This document shows, in pieces, positions 11,078-24,000 of a DNA stretch of 64,000 bases (position 1 is the first letter of the stretch; each line of letters starts with the position of its first letter). Under the pieces are notes generated by a model. That model was not told the origin of the DNA. It worked only from the letters and a program-made list of their open reading frames with translations, and made no database searches. The stretch covers positions 640,001-704,000 of the forward strand of contig CP000069.1 in NCBI GenBank assembly GCA_000002445.1, read 5' to 3'. The translations under genes and the position numbers were made by a program. This stretch comes from Trypanosoma brucei (taxonomy: Eukaryota).

Positions 11078-11707
11078 TTCCCCCCCCGAAAGCAGCTACT
11101 CGTAACTTTTTATTCTTTACTTTACTCCTTTTTTATAACACTTGTATTCTCTTGCGATTACAACGTTGCGACAAGGAGGAAAAGTATGAGCAACAGGTCG
11201 TCAACCCCCACCTCGCACCCGTAACATATCTCCACAAAAATAATTATGGTGATAATAACACAATGATTAAATTGAGCGGATCAGATGCCAATCTCTCCAT
11301 CAACAGCATTTTGTCGTTATACAAATAAGATTTATTATGCGCAAACACTCTGCAAGGACTCAAAAGACAGGCGTTAGGAAACGTAACGAGTACGTTAACG
11401 CAACCGCAGCATCAAGAATGCAATTCCTCACATTTTTTCGAAGGTTGCGCCCCCCCTTCTAATCTTCGACCACATAAATCGGTGGAACCACAAGAATGGG
11501 AAAGGATAGGGGAAAGCGAATGGAGCCCATAAAGAAAAAAATTATATATGAGGATGCAGGCATACGAAACCACCACTCCCCCCCCCCGATTCCCTAGTGC
11601 ACATTCACCCACCTTCCCCACCCCACACAAATGCACCACCTGCGTCACTGTTTCAAAAAGTGATACAAACGCATACGCTCATCGCTTTATTTCCCAGCCA
11701 CGGCCTC

Positions 11708-13077
11708 TCAAAATTTTGTTGGTGCACGTGGGGGGACAACTTGCTTCGCTGGTGGTTGTTGTTGCGGTTGCTGCTGCCGTTGCTGTTGATTCATGGTTGC
11801 CGCCCCAACTGCCGCTTTGGGCACCAGCACCGATCCCAAAGCTACGGTCGCCCCCACAGTGCTATCCTGAACACGAACATACTCTTGAGGAGTTGTGGGA
11901 ACGTATCCCACAGCCGTTGCAGGTGTGTATGCTTGCGGATGAAACGGCACGGGGTTAATCGCTGGTGGCGGTGTCGTCACCGGTGCGGGCGTTTTGGTTG
12001 TCGAAACAGTCGCTGGGGTTGGTTGAGCTTGCACAGAATGTGACACTACTGATTTTTGTTGCTGATGACTACCTGAGCTGGAAGTAAGAGGTGGTACAGT
12101 TCCCCAATACACTGGTGGAGCCTCTTCCACAGCAACCTCGTCCATAACACCAGGAAATAGAAATGTGTTGCTCTCCGTACGTGGCGGCTGTCCCCACTGT
12201 CCCTCACCATTACCCCATTGCGCACCTGGGGGAATGGGAGCGTTGAGGCCAGGAACTTTCAAACCGGGGTACGCTGGAGGAAGTCGTCGCATCGCCTGCA
12301 TGCCGTAAAGCCATGGTGGTGGCGAGTGCGGCCCCATCCCAAGCCCCGTCCGAAGCCGCTGCGAAAGAACGCCTGGTGTATGACATCCCTTTGGTAGCCA
12401 TTTACCCTCATAAAACACATCGCCAAACCGGCTTAGAGAGACGTTAAATCGTTTTCGCTGCAGCGGAGTGCCAGTAATGAAGCACGACACAAAAGCAACT
12501 TGGTCAATACTTGCCTTCTTGTCTCGTGTCGCACGAATCCGCTCGACACCTAGCAAAGCGATCTCCGGTGGAACAAGGTCTGTAGCCTTCTCGCGGTCCG
12601 CCTGATTGGCCATGAAAGCACGCAACCTGTTCCAGTGCTGCGGTACAGGCACTGTTCGCCGTACAGACTTTAAGAATACAGTAAACAGAGGATCTTCGGC
12701 ATTGCCGTCGTGTTCAGAGACCATGGCACTGACATCAGAACCGTAGCGCTGCGCGACGGCTAGCTTTAGAGCTTCCCACGACATTTTCTGCCGCTGTTGT
12801 TTGTTCTTCTTCGATTTCGAACCCGCGGCCTCATTCACCGTGATGGACGGAAGCTGCACGCGGTCCTCATCTTCCACATCCACATTACCGGTTTCGGCCA
12901 CAGCGCGAGAAGTAACGTCACCAGCGGGTGATTTTTCACCATCGCTATCGGAGGAGAGAACGTATTGCACTTCAACCTCTTCAGCGTTTTGCAGACGCTC
13001 TCTTATGAACTTGGTCCTTTCCCTTAACTCTTCCTGCCGCTGCCGTCGCAGTAACTTTTTCTTTTTTGCTTCCTTCA
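11708..13077 (-). CDS. SF3B2: Splicing factor 3b subunit 2 (SF3b145/SAP145/Cus1-like) with a PSP proline-rich domain. The track ORF extends to 13219 by reading through a (TA)n spacer. The probable start is the MKEAKKKK Met at about 13077.
   Basis: …RLPPAYPGLKVPGLNAPIPPGAQWGNGEGQWGQPP… matches the SF3B2 PSP signature (PxYPxLKIPGLNAPIP…GGWGKPP). A DUF382-like region lies upstream (…GTPLQRKRFNVSLSRFGDVFYEGKW…). Basic K/R-rich N-terminus. Confidence 0.55.
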
Positions 13078-13139
13078 TACTTGAACTATAGGTTCCCTCC
13101 ACTATTTCTGGCTGAAAATAGGAGAAAAGATGTATATAC

Positions 13140-13173
<34 letters not shown>

Positions 13174-13932
13174 TGTTTACCCCACTCTTGAGTGGAGGGA
13201 GAATAGATACTAATGCCACAAAGTGTAACAGCTGCTAATGCGTCATACCATGACTTACCGTACGCATTTCATCGCATCAAAACGTTTCACCTCGTACTAC
13301 TACTACCACTAATTTGCTACCTCAGCCGTGTGCAAGTGAAGGAGGGTACCTTCCTCCATTAATCTTCTGCCATTTGTGAATGTACTTTGGCGCTTGTCAA
13401 CCGTATCACACTACACCCAGTCATCTGTTCAGTTTATCCCGTGCAGGGTGAGGCCAACTCAACGGGACACCCGGGGAGGAATCCAAATTTATCATTTGTT
13501 GGTATGTGTTTCTGAACGATAAAACAAAAAAGAAGTTCAGACGGTACACCTACGAAGGAGAGTAAATATTCCCCAAGTACAGCCGACAGAAACAATGATC
13601 GCGACAATGAGTTCCTATTAAAGTTGTAACTAACATTCCTACTGCCACCCACAACAACTTGGAGGTCGAAGTGAACGCTTGCAGACACTACAGACACCTC
13701 ACCCTACGGATGGAGGTGAAGTGGCAAAGCACGCAAGATGACCCACACCACCTCACCCGCAGCATACACGAGTCCTGCCCAACTGACAGGCAAACCGCAT
13801 ATTCCAAAATGCAACATCACAGCTTGGTTTGTACACCTTGCAACACACTCGCGCTTTTTCGTTAGTAAAGTCGTAGGCATATTTCCCCTTCTTTGAAGCT
13901 ACATTCCTTTAATGTGCTATTGAGTATCCCAC

Positions 13933-15504
13933 CTAGTACAATTGGGTGCCATGCAGCGTCAACTGCCCCCTTTCATCCATAACAGCTTCGCGGCTTGTAC
14001 TGCAAAAGCCGCGCTCATCTACTAATTCTGTCAGCAGCCCAGCATTGTTGTAATAACCTGCGGAGATATGTGGGCCCTTCAGCTTCAAATTCCCCCGAGT
14101 GTTGGCCGCAAGAATCCTCGCATCGGCCGTTCCACGATCACCAACCACTTTTGCTTCCACATGCGGAACCATCTCCCACCGAGCGCGCTTTAAAGAACGC
14201 CACATGACCATGTATGCACTCTCCAGCGGCCCCCGGAAGACAAAAACATCTTCAAGACCAAGCTCCTTTGCTAATTTCTGCAAATACTCATCGCCCACAG
14301 TGGGCTCACTCGCGTCCTCAAAAAGTACCACCCACTTGAGGTGTTCATATTGATCTGCATCAAAGTTACCCGCGTGACGAAGCAGGAGGTCAAAGTCTGA
14401 CTTCTTACCCAACATACCCACTACCTCCTCTACACAGAGTTTCTCTATGCCGTTGATAGCGTGGTCGTCTGTAAACATGTCACTGTGGATGTGCACAAGA
14501 ACAGCTCCAGTCGTAAGTGCGGCATACGGTGCAACAATGGCGCCTACAGGGTCCACGTGGTGGTTAGGCATTACACCAAAGCGCGACTCCGCCTTCAGGC
14601 CCATGAGATTACCAAACAGGAACCCAGCATTAATGCAGTTACGGTGAGAATAGGTGATGTGCAACTTGTCCTCTAGTGCCGGGTGCGGGTCCTCCAGGGC
14701 GAGGATGGGGTCATCGGGATGCAGGAGGGCAGAGAGACGACGCAACCGCTGCTCATAGTAAGAAAAGGGGCCCCACACGAGCATCTTACGCATTGGCGTC
14801 ACTCCCAGTAAGTTCATGTTGTGATCTGTTATGACCACCTTCTTAAGGAAGAAGAACTCCTGAGAGTGCACCCACTGAAACCGTTGCCCTGGATACGATA
14901 GTCCTAGCTCAGGTATGACATTGTAAATCATATCCCAGAAGTGCATGTTACGCTCCACCAGCACACCCTGCTTAACCTCCGGTACGACGATCCATTCACG
15001 AGCGATGAGGTGGTGTGGTTGAAATTCATTAAGATAAAACCGAAGTTTGTCAGCGCTTATATTGTGATGGGGCACAACAGCAAGAAGAGCCCCAATCTTG
15101 GCGCATGCCAATTGAAGCACAAACGTCTCGCAGTTGCACGGTTGTATCGCCAGCACCCTCTGTCCAGGGCGCAAGCCTGTTTGAAGAAGACCATGCGCCA
15201 GCGCTTCACTATTCTTTCGTATGTCAGCAAATGCCCACCGTACTGCCTGGTGCTCAATACGCAAGAAATCCTTGTAGTACATCTTGCGTGACTGAATGTT
15301 GACGTAATAACCAACCAGCTGATCGAGGACTGGCGTATCTACGGACCCGCTCGCCACTGAGTAATCCTTTCCTTCATTACTGCTTTTGGGAATCACTGGA
15401 GCAGACACAGCTGCAGGAGACGACGACAACAGAGCCGTAGAGTTCATGAATGGCCTCACAACATTTTTCCGAAAAGCGACACACCCGGCGAGGCGACGGA
15501 GCAT
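13933..15504 (-). CDS. AMP-binding (ANL superfamily, acyl-CoA-synthetase-like) protein with degenerate catalytic motifs and a mitochondrial-type presequence. Possibly a pseudo-enzyme.
   Basis: ANL-like block order. A3-like HITYSHRNCINAGF stands where TSGTTGxPKG is expected. GYYNN hinge. The A7/A8 region reads …FCSTSREAVMDERGQLTLHG… instead of …TGD…GR. N-terminal MLRRLAGCVAFRK presequence. Confidence 0.4.
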   Translation of the reverse strand: MLRRLAGCVAFRKNVVRPFMNSTALLSSSPAAVSAPVIPKSSNEGKDYSVASGSVDTPVLDQLVGYYVNIQSRKMYYKDFLRIEHQAVRWAFADIRKNSEALAHGLLQTGLRPGQRVLAIQPCNCETFVLQLACAKIGALLAVVPHHNISADKLRFYLNEFQPHHLIAREWIVVPEVKQGVLVERNMHFWDMIYNVIPELGLSYPGQRFQWVHSQEFFFLKKVVITDHNMNLLGVTPMRKMLVWGPFSYYEQRLRRLSALLHPDDPILALEDPHPALEDKLHITYSHRNCINAGFLFGNLMGLKAESRFGVMPNHHVDPVGAIVAPYAALTTGAVLVHIHSDMFTDDHAINGIEKLCVEEVVGMLGKKSDFDLLLRHAGNFDADQYEHLKWVVLFEDASEPTVGDEYLQKLAKELGLEDVFVFRGPLESAYMVMWRSLKRARWEMVPHVEAKVVGDRGTADARILAANTRGNLKLKGPHISAGYYNNAGLLTELVDERGFCSTSREAVMDERGQLTLHGTQLY

Positions 15505-15861
15505 TTATGCAAGTTGCTTCCTAAGGCACAGGTAACGAATCCCTTTTGCTGCAACACGCACTACTACAAAGCAAATGGGGCCTCTTCTTCTCCGCTTTCA
15601 AACGTCAACACTCCGCTGGAGAGGGAGAAGGAAAGCAGGGTTGGTTAAACGGGAAGGGGGAGAGTTGAAATATATGATGGGGCGAACAGTGGAATCCAGT
15701 ACCACCAGTGTTAGGCATAAAACAGAAGTTATGTATGTGCTTGTGGGAAAATACAACACTAATGTGTTCAGGGTGAAGGAAGGCAAAGGAAAGATAAATC
15801 GAATACGAAAAGCTTTTCATTCTGCAAAGCTGAGCGCGGATCTTTCACCCTTGAGAAGGTC

Positions 15862-18099
15862 TCACTTTTCGCCAGTACGAATGAGATTAATCAGCGACTG
15901 CATGTTACTTGCCTTTACGCATTCACGGCACTCGGCTACAAGTTGTGTTCTCGCCCTGCCGATACGTAGCTTACCCGCCTTCGCGATAAACCCATTGAGA
16001 CGCTTCAAAGCGCTTTTCAATTCTTTAAAATTGTTGGACAGCTTCAAGTTTTCATCAATAAGTTCCTTGTCAAGTTCATACAGTTGGGAGTAGTGGCGAC
16101 GCATGCTTACAATGTCCGATATCAGCCTCGAATCTTCAGCCCTCACAAGCAACGGTTTTATGTTTGTTGCAGCTTCCGCTATGTCATCACTCAGTTTCTG
16201 CCGCACCTTATCAAGATCTATAACACGTTCAACCGTCTCCTGCAGTTGCTGGAAGTCCTCCGGAAAATCACAACGGGACGTTGCCTCAGTAACACATGTC
16301 GTAGCAAAACTTTCGACAAGGATGCTGCATATATCCATGGAGTTACCACATATCTGCAACTCACATCTACTGAGAATTCCCCGAATCACCAATCCGGAGC
16401 GGTCCTGCAGATCCACAAAAGGAACAGAAAAATCGCTCGCAGTATCCGGAACACGATCCAACGGTACGTCAAACGTTTTTTGAAGCCACAGCGACACGCT
16501 ACCGAAGTCAAAATCCTTTGATAGCTGCAAAGTAACGCTTCCTGTGGGTTCTGAGAAGGATCCCCTACACCACTCATTTGGCCACAACCTGCACATGACA
16601 AACTTCGGGACTACAACATCGACTTCATGTACTTGGTAATTAACTGCGTTGGTAGAACCAACCATAACGGATGCCTTAAGTGTCACTTCCGGGCCCCGTG
16701 GAACATCAAGTCCGCAAACGAGTGTAGGCAGTGGATCCTGTGACATAAAGAGAATGTGCCCCTTTTCCGGAAACATAGCCTCACTACTGAGGATACAAGC
16801 GTAAATTATGGTATCTTGTTGACCGTTGATTACACTGAAAACCACATCAAGCTTCCCGGTTTGCGAGTTTGGCTGTAATTTGCAATCCACACCGGTTCCA
16901 ACCTTCGGTAAAGTCACATCCGTCCTACCACTCTTCTGCCTCACTAGCTGCTCCTTCACATTTGCTAACTCCTTCTCGAGCGCTTGCTTCTCCCTCATCA
17001 ACATATCAAGCTTAAGCGCCCCTTCCCGCTGCGCAACCATCGCTTCGTGCCTTCCCATCGTACCAGTCAGTTGTAAGCCACACACCGTTCCATCAACCGT
17101 ACATATGATCGGCAACGGTTGCCCGTTCTGGCGGTAGTCGTCTACCAGAACAGAACTTATTGGTGCGTCAAATGTTTCCTTACAAAGAACAGTCCCCTCG
17201 TTTCCGTCTCCGCTGCGCACCTCTACCCTTCCATTGTTCCAACCGATGATGAGCTCCGGCACGCCATCCATATCCACATCACAAAAAGCAGCAGATACCG
17301 GTCGCTGATTATCCTTCAATCGGTATAAACGCTCACATCTGTCGTATATGCCAACGGTACCACTATTTGAAAGATACGCAAACCGGCCCGGTACACCACT
17401 GTACACCAAACTGTGCACACGGTCTGCAAGACCAACACTTGTGATCGGCTCCTCACCGTCAAACACGCGTAGTTCAAAATCCTCTGATGCCGCAACTAAC
17501 GCCGGTGAGCCATTCAGCGTTGATGTTGAAGCGCACACGCCCGCGTCTGGCCAGGGCATAAGCATTAACGCGGTCACTCTGTCACCCGTTATGGTGGAAA
17601 ACACCTCCTCTCCACTTGAGTTGAAGCCGCTGATTGCGCAGTCCCCACCCACAATTGCCAGTGGAGCGGGTCCGCTCTTTGCTGTTGGGCCCACAACACC
17701 ACCCACTACCGCACTCACGCCATCTTCCACCTGTTTATAATAATATTCGCAGTTGCGCTCTACGTCATATGCTAACAAAGAGTTCGCTTCACCAAGAAAC
17801 AGTGCATCAACGCCTTCATTCTCATATCTCCCACCTATTGGTCCAGTTGCCAATGCAGTTAGTGCCTTACCAAAGTTAAAAGTCCGAAGCGGAGCTACCG
17901 AAGCATCCTCACGGTGAGCCGCTAGGGGGTTGCTTGTGTCATGCGTATGAACAATAACCTGACGGGTATTCGTCGCACACACAAGTGATGGTGTTTTCCC
18001 GTCGAAGCGCCCAATCGCAGCCAAACCTTCATTGAGTGATGCGTTGAGGCTTAACTGAAAGGCAGTCCGCATGGAGTAGCAGTTTGTCTGAAGACTCAT
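15862..18099 (-). CDS. BBS2: Bardet-Biedl syndrome protein 2 (BBSome subunit BBS2), 745 aa.
   Basis: [28 protein letters not shown] versus human [53 protein letters not shown]…[30 protein letters not shown] versus human [25 protein letters not shown]…[30 protein letters not shown]. Beta-propeller, coiled-coil and C-terminal domains appear in the same order as in BBS2. Confidence 0.75.
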   Translation of the reverse strand: [745 protein letters not shown]

Positions 18100-21000
18100 G
18101 ATGATGAGCCGCGGTTATGGCTACCAATCAACTAATCAATGGAATGAATGAAGAAAAAATTAATATATGTTCACGCTACCAGTATTTAAGTACCTGTGTT
18201 AAGTGGTTGTATACCTATTTCACAATAATGCAACCTCACCTCAAATGTTTGAAAGAACCGGTGACTAAAGGGGGAAAAAAAGAAACTAACCTAAGCGCGC
18301 CACCTTTCTTCTTTAACTTCTCTTTTTCTTCACCTCCCTCACTGAAGTGGAAGTGGCTCTGTTTTGTAACAAAAATAATACGCAAAACACAACACACTAA
18401 TAAGAAGATGACACACACATCACCGCGAATAAATAAATAGAGGTTTTTTTTTTCGGAAGGAGGAAAAAAGAAAAATAAAAAAAACAAGGAAAAGAGGAGC
18501 TAGAGGAATGAGGTCATAAGCAGAAAAGGAATAAGAGAAACCAAAGTCAGTGCATATCAATGGTTACCCACTGAAAGCACGACCGCAAAAAAAAAAAAAA
18601 AAGATGCACTCACGGAGATTTTGTAAGAAAATAAAAATAAATAATATAAAACACCCCTCAAACTTACACACATTTATATACTGGCACAAACAAACACGCA
18701 CTTCTCATCTACAACCTCGCCTCTCCAAATTCTTCTTTCTTTACCTTTTTTCTCCTGTCGTCTTAGTCCACCTAACAATAATTGTTATTATAATTATAAT
18801 TTTATTAATTTTTTAAATCACTTCATCCAATGACGACAATACCAATACCAATACCAATATCAATACCAATACCAATAACAACCACAACTACAACTACAAC
18901 AGCCAAAACAATAATAATCAAAAAACAAAACAAAACAGAAACTCATTTCCTTATCTTTACTCATATTATCACTTCGTCATACACACACACAAAAAAAAAA
19001 AACGCTCTCGTTACTCTTACACCCACAAATAAATACTAATGAATATAAACCTTAAATATATTTAAATGAAACCACAAACATTATACCTACCTCTTAACTT
19101 GCTTCCCTAGACAAGTTAAGAAAGAAAAAGAAAAGAAAAAAAACAAAAGAAAAGAAAAGAATCAAATGAAAACATTAAGAAAAATGATTCCGCGCATGAC
19201 AACAATAATAATAATAATAACACTATCGCTATTTCTCATCTCGTTATTTTCTTCCCCTTCCAATTCCTCTTTTCTTTCTTCATTATTTTTTTCTTATGCT
19301 TTCGCTTTCCTTTTTTTTTCTCTCTTTCTTTTTCTTTCTCTTTACCTTTTGCTCTGCTCGCCCATGCTGGGCATCCTCTAACAACAATTTTTATTATTAT
19401 TATTTTATTTATATGAAATCAACCGAATAATAAAGTAATACAGCCGGTTATAAGCGGTAAGGTGGTAACGACGAAACCACATACTTGTTGTTGTAATAAT
19501 AATAATAATTATTATTTTTTTCTCTTCATTCGTTACTCATTTAAGGAAGTAAGGAAAAGTGCAATGGTAATAATAATAACAATTATTACTATTATTATTA
19601 TTATTACCATCATTACGAATGGGATCTCTTCCCTTGAAACCCCGCAGTGGAACTGTTTTTTTTCTTTTTTTTAAAAAAAAGGTGTATGAAAACAAACATT
19701 TGATAAGTATTAAAAATTAATCAAATGAAGTTAAACAAATGAACTGAGTGATCGATTCGTGAGGAAACAAAAAGAAAAAAAAGAAAGAAAAGATAAAGAG
19801 ATAAAAAGAAAAAAGGAGGCTAAACAAACAAACAAACAAAGACGGAAGCGAAAGCGGACACGTCCCTTCCACACATTTTCCTCATTTCTTTCTTTTTTTT
19901 TGTTGTTGTTGTTCTTTACATATATATTTATATATTTATATATATATTCGTTACTGTTGTTGAGATTTCACCGTGTCACCAACTCCTTTTTTTTTCCATA
20001 TCACAACCGTCGTAAATCGTAACAGCGGTAATCATCACGACGCAAAGGCACTGAAAGATAAAACAACAAGAAAAAAAAGGAAAAATACAAATAAAATACA
20101 AATACAACGTTTCTCCCTATCGTGTCACTCATTCATTCATTTATTCATTTACTTAATTACTTATTTTTTGTTGCTGTTGTCGCGTTTCTACACTTCACTT
20201 CTGATGCTTAAAAAAAAAAAAAAGAGATAAAACAAAATAAGTAAAAAAAACAAAAAAAGAAAAAAGAAATTAAGCACTCCATTGGGTCCACCCGCCTCTT
20301 GTTTCATCCATTTCTTGTGTTGTTGCATTGAGGTGTTTTTTTTGTTTATTATTTTATTTTATTTTCTCCCTTCTTCGGTATTTTTTTTTTCAAAATTTAT
20401 ATTCGCTTCGTTACAAAAAACCGGCAGCGGCAATAACGGCGAGAAGTGAAAAAACAAAAACAAAAACACAAAAGAAAGTCCAACACGCCTCCTTTTCAAA
20501 AGAAAAAGAAAGAGAAAGAAAAGGATCCACCACACTACAACAAATCCAATTCAATTTCCTACAAAAATAAAAAATTTAAAAAAACAATTTCATTTTCTTC
20601 GGTGTTATTATTATTATTATTGCCACTGCTATTGCTTTTTTTTCCTTTCTTTTTGTCTTTTCCCTATATTTATCCCCTTTACACACAAACAAAAACAAAA
20701 ACAAAACAATTCACACGAACTCTCGCTTATATTTCTCCTCCTCTTTTTTTCTCTCTCGTTCCCTTTCCTTTACAAAATAAAAAATTTAGAAAAAAAACAA
20801 AAAAATTGCGCACTTTTTTTCCGTCAGACAAAATTGTTTATTTGCTTTTAGTCACTTATTTCCATGAGTGGGTGCGCATCTACAATAAAATCAAAAAAAA
20901 AGGAGAAGTTTTATATAAAACGGCTCCCGTAAAATACAAAAGAGGGAGAGAGAAAGATATTTAAAATAAATAAAAAAAAAGAAGAAACGAGAGGACCGCC

Positions 21001-24000
21001 ATAATAATAATAATAACAGGAATAAAAATAATAGGGAGTAATAATGGGGAAAAGAATATCATATCAAAGGAGAAGGAGGAATAAGGGAAAAAAAAAGGAA
21101 AAACGGGGGGGGGAAAAAAAAGGGAAACTAAACAAAAAAAAACGACAACAACAAAACAACAGCGGCATTGAGTACACTGCACGAGAGGAATTTTTTTAAA
21201 AAAAATTAAAACTTGTAAGTAATGACAGGGGAAACTAAAAAACGGGGATCATCACTTAAGTGACTAAAAGGAAGAAAGAGATAGAAAAACAAAAAAAAAG
21301 GGGAAAATGAAGGGAAGGGAAATCACATAATAAAGGAATATTTAAGAGGGTTAGGGAAGGAAGGAAGGGGGAAAAAAAAAAACAGAAACGGAAACGGAAT
21401 ACTTTGAGGCTAACAAAAAAAAAAGAGACAACGGAATAAAATAAATAAAAACGCCACAGAGAGGACGAACGAAAAAAAAATTGTTTTTTTTTTTTGATTC
21501 CACAGAAGGAGAGTTAGTAAAAAAAAAGAAGGAAAAGTAAGGGAGGGCGCGCACCGAAGTCGAACACACAAAAACACACAAATAAGCACGAAAATAAAAG
21601 AAAATTAGAAAAAGAAAAAGAAAGAAAAAAGAAACATAACGGAATTGAGAAAGTGTTGCCGAAAAGAGTAAAGTGAAACAACCAACACGACAAAAAGAGG
21701 CATAAGAAATATCGAACAACCGATATTAAAATAATCTCACAGATATGAAAGCGACGGTTGTTGTTGTTGCTGTTGTTTCTCTTTTTTTTCTTTTGCGCGT
21801 GTGTTGGTGTACTGATTCATTCATTCATTCGCTCACATCCGTCCAGAGGAATATAAAAACAAAAAACCAAAGAACAAAAGGGAATACGGCAGTTTTAAAT
21901 ATACGAATATTTACAAATATATGCAAAAAAGAAAAAAATGAGTATTAACTCGTAAATATAACTGCTGTGTTAGGTATAATAAACATAATTTAAACATATA
22001 AATATATAAATGCGTGTGCATTTGCATTTGTACACACGGATACGCCCAAACGCGACTTCTCAAAAAAAAAAAAAACAGCAGTGATAGAAAACAAAAACAA
22101 AAATAAGCGCTCCCGTGCGATGTACCACATTTCCGCAATTGGCGTCGGGGAGAAACCAAATCAAAGACAAAAGTAAGGAGGAGAAAAAATCAAAGGGGAA
22201 CATAAAGGAAGAATGAAGACGTGGGACATTTTATCTATTTTGCAATATAATAACATTAATAATAAACAAAACATGGGCGGGACTCACACGAAACACAGAC
22301 TAATATAGAAGTAGAAGCTATAAACACATAATTATATTTATTTACATTAATAATATCAAAAGGAAATACGCGTTAGAGTATGAAGAAACGGAAACTGAGA
22401 AGTAGTGAAAGGAGGAATGCCAAGGTTCACGCCATTTTTTAATGATCCAGCATTCAGAAGAGAAACAAACAACAAAAAGACAAAAAGGCATTCATTACCT
22501 CTTATTTGCCCTCACTTCCCTTTTTTTTTCTTTTTGGTAGTTTACTCTTGTCCCCCTCCATTTCTTTTTCTTTTTTAGTTCTCCGTTTGTTCGTTTACTC
22601 TTGTTTTTGTTTTTTGGTTTGTGTCTTTTGCCTCGCCACATGTGTCACATCAGTCCCCATCTGATTTCATTAAATCTTTCACTCTTCTGTAGCTTCATTT
22701 GGCCCCTTTATTCTCCTTTTTTTCTATTGCTTATTTATTTGGCGCATCTACGCACACATATACACATACGCAAGCATAAATTAAAGTAAAAAACATCAAC
22801 CGCTTCCTCCCCCCCTTTATTAAAAATGAAAATCATTATTTAACCATTATACATATGTGCACATATATATATATATATATATATAACGTAAATAAACACA
22901 AATACATCAACCAATAGATATATATATTTATATTCCCTCCTTCCTTCAATCAATCCAGTACTTCTTCCGTGATATTATTTCCCCTTTTCATTTACCTCTC
23001 CTTCTTCATCCCCACATAGTCCCCAAAGTAAAATTGAAAGAAAATGAAACAACGACAAAACAACTGAAAGGATGAAGACAACCCAACGTATGCAAGAAAC
23101 AAGGAAAAAGAGAGAGAGAAGGAAAAACAAAGTGAGAGGGGTTTAAATTTTAAAAAAAAATCCAATCACCCAGGTCCAAAAGTGAAGAGTGGACAAGAGA
23201 GGAGTCAAAAAAAAAAAAGGAAAAAGAAGAGAGTGAAGAACAGCAACAAACCATGCCAACAGTCAACTACAGTAGTAATAATAGTAATAATATAAAGGAA
23301 AACTGGAAAAAACATCAGAAAGTCAAGAGCACACTATGTGCATATATAGTGCTGACGCATAGATGCATCTTCACAAGGAGGGAACACCGTAACAACAACA
23401 ACAAAACAAAACAAAATTCTGAAGCAAAGCAAATCCAAGCAAACAAGTAAAAGGGGACAGGAATATTTTGCCTCGGTCACTTAACTCCGTGGCCACTCCC
23501 ACCACATCGAGCGAAACAGTATGCGGGGGAGAAAAGAAATGGACAACTATTGACGTATATAAACATAGATATATAGATAAATATCTGTTGTTGCTCTTGT
23601 TGTCATTGATGATGTTAAGGTGTGCGCCTCATATACAAATATGCATATTTAAATATATATATATATTTATATATATATACATGAAAAGGTATTAGACGAG
23701 GGATAATAACAAAATCAGGAATATTCCCTCCAAAGTACAAACGACTCGGTGCGGCCCAGTTGGTGGGGACGAAAGAGGAACAAAGAGCCCCGCTGAGCAC
23801 ACACACGCACACACACACAACAAAAAGGAGGAGAGAGGGTAAAGTGACAGAGGCAATCAAAGGAAATGAAAGGAAAATAGGAAGGTAGGGAAAATTAGTT
23901 TCGGAATACAACTTGGTTATATAGTATATAAAACCAATAAATACAAACCAGCAGACAGTGGTGCTGCTTCTTTTACTTCATTCCTTTCCCTCACTACTTA

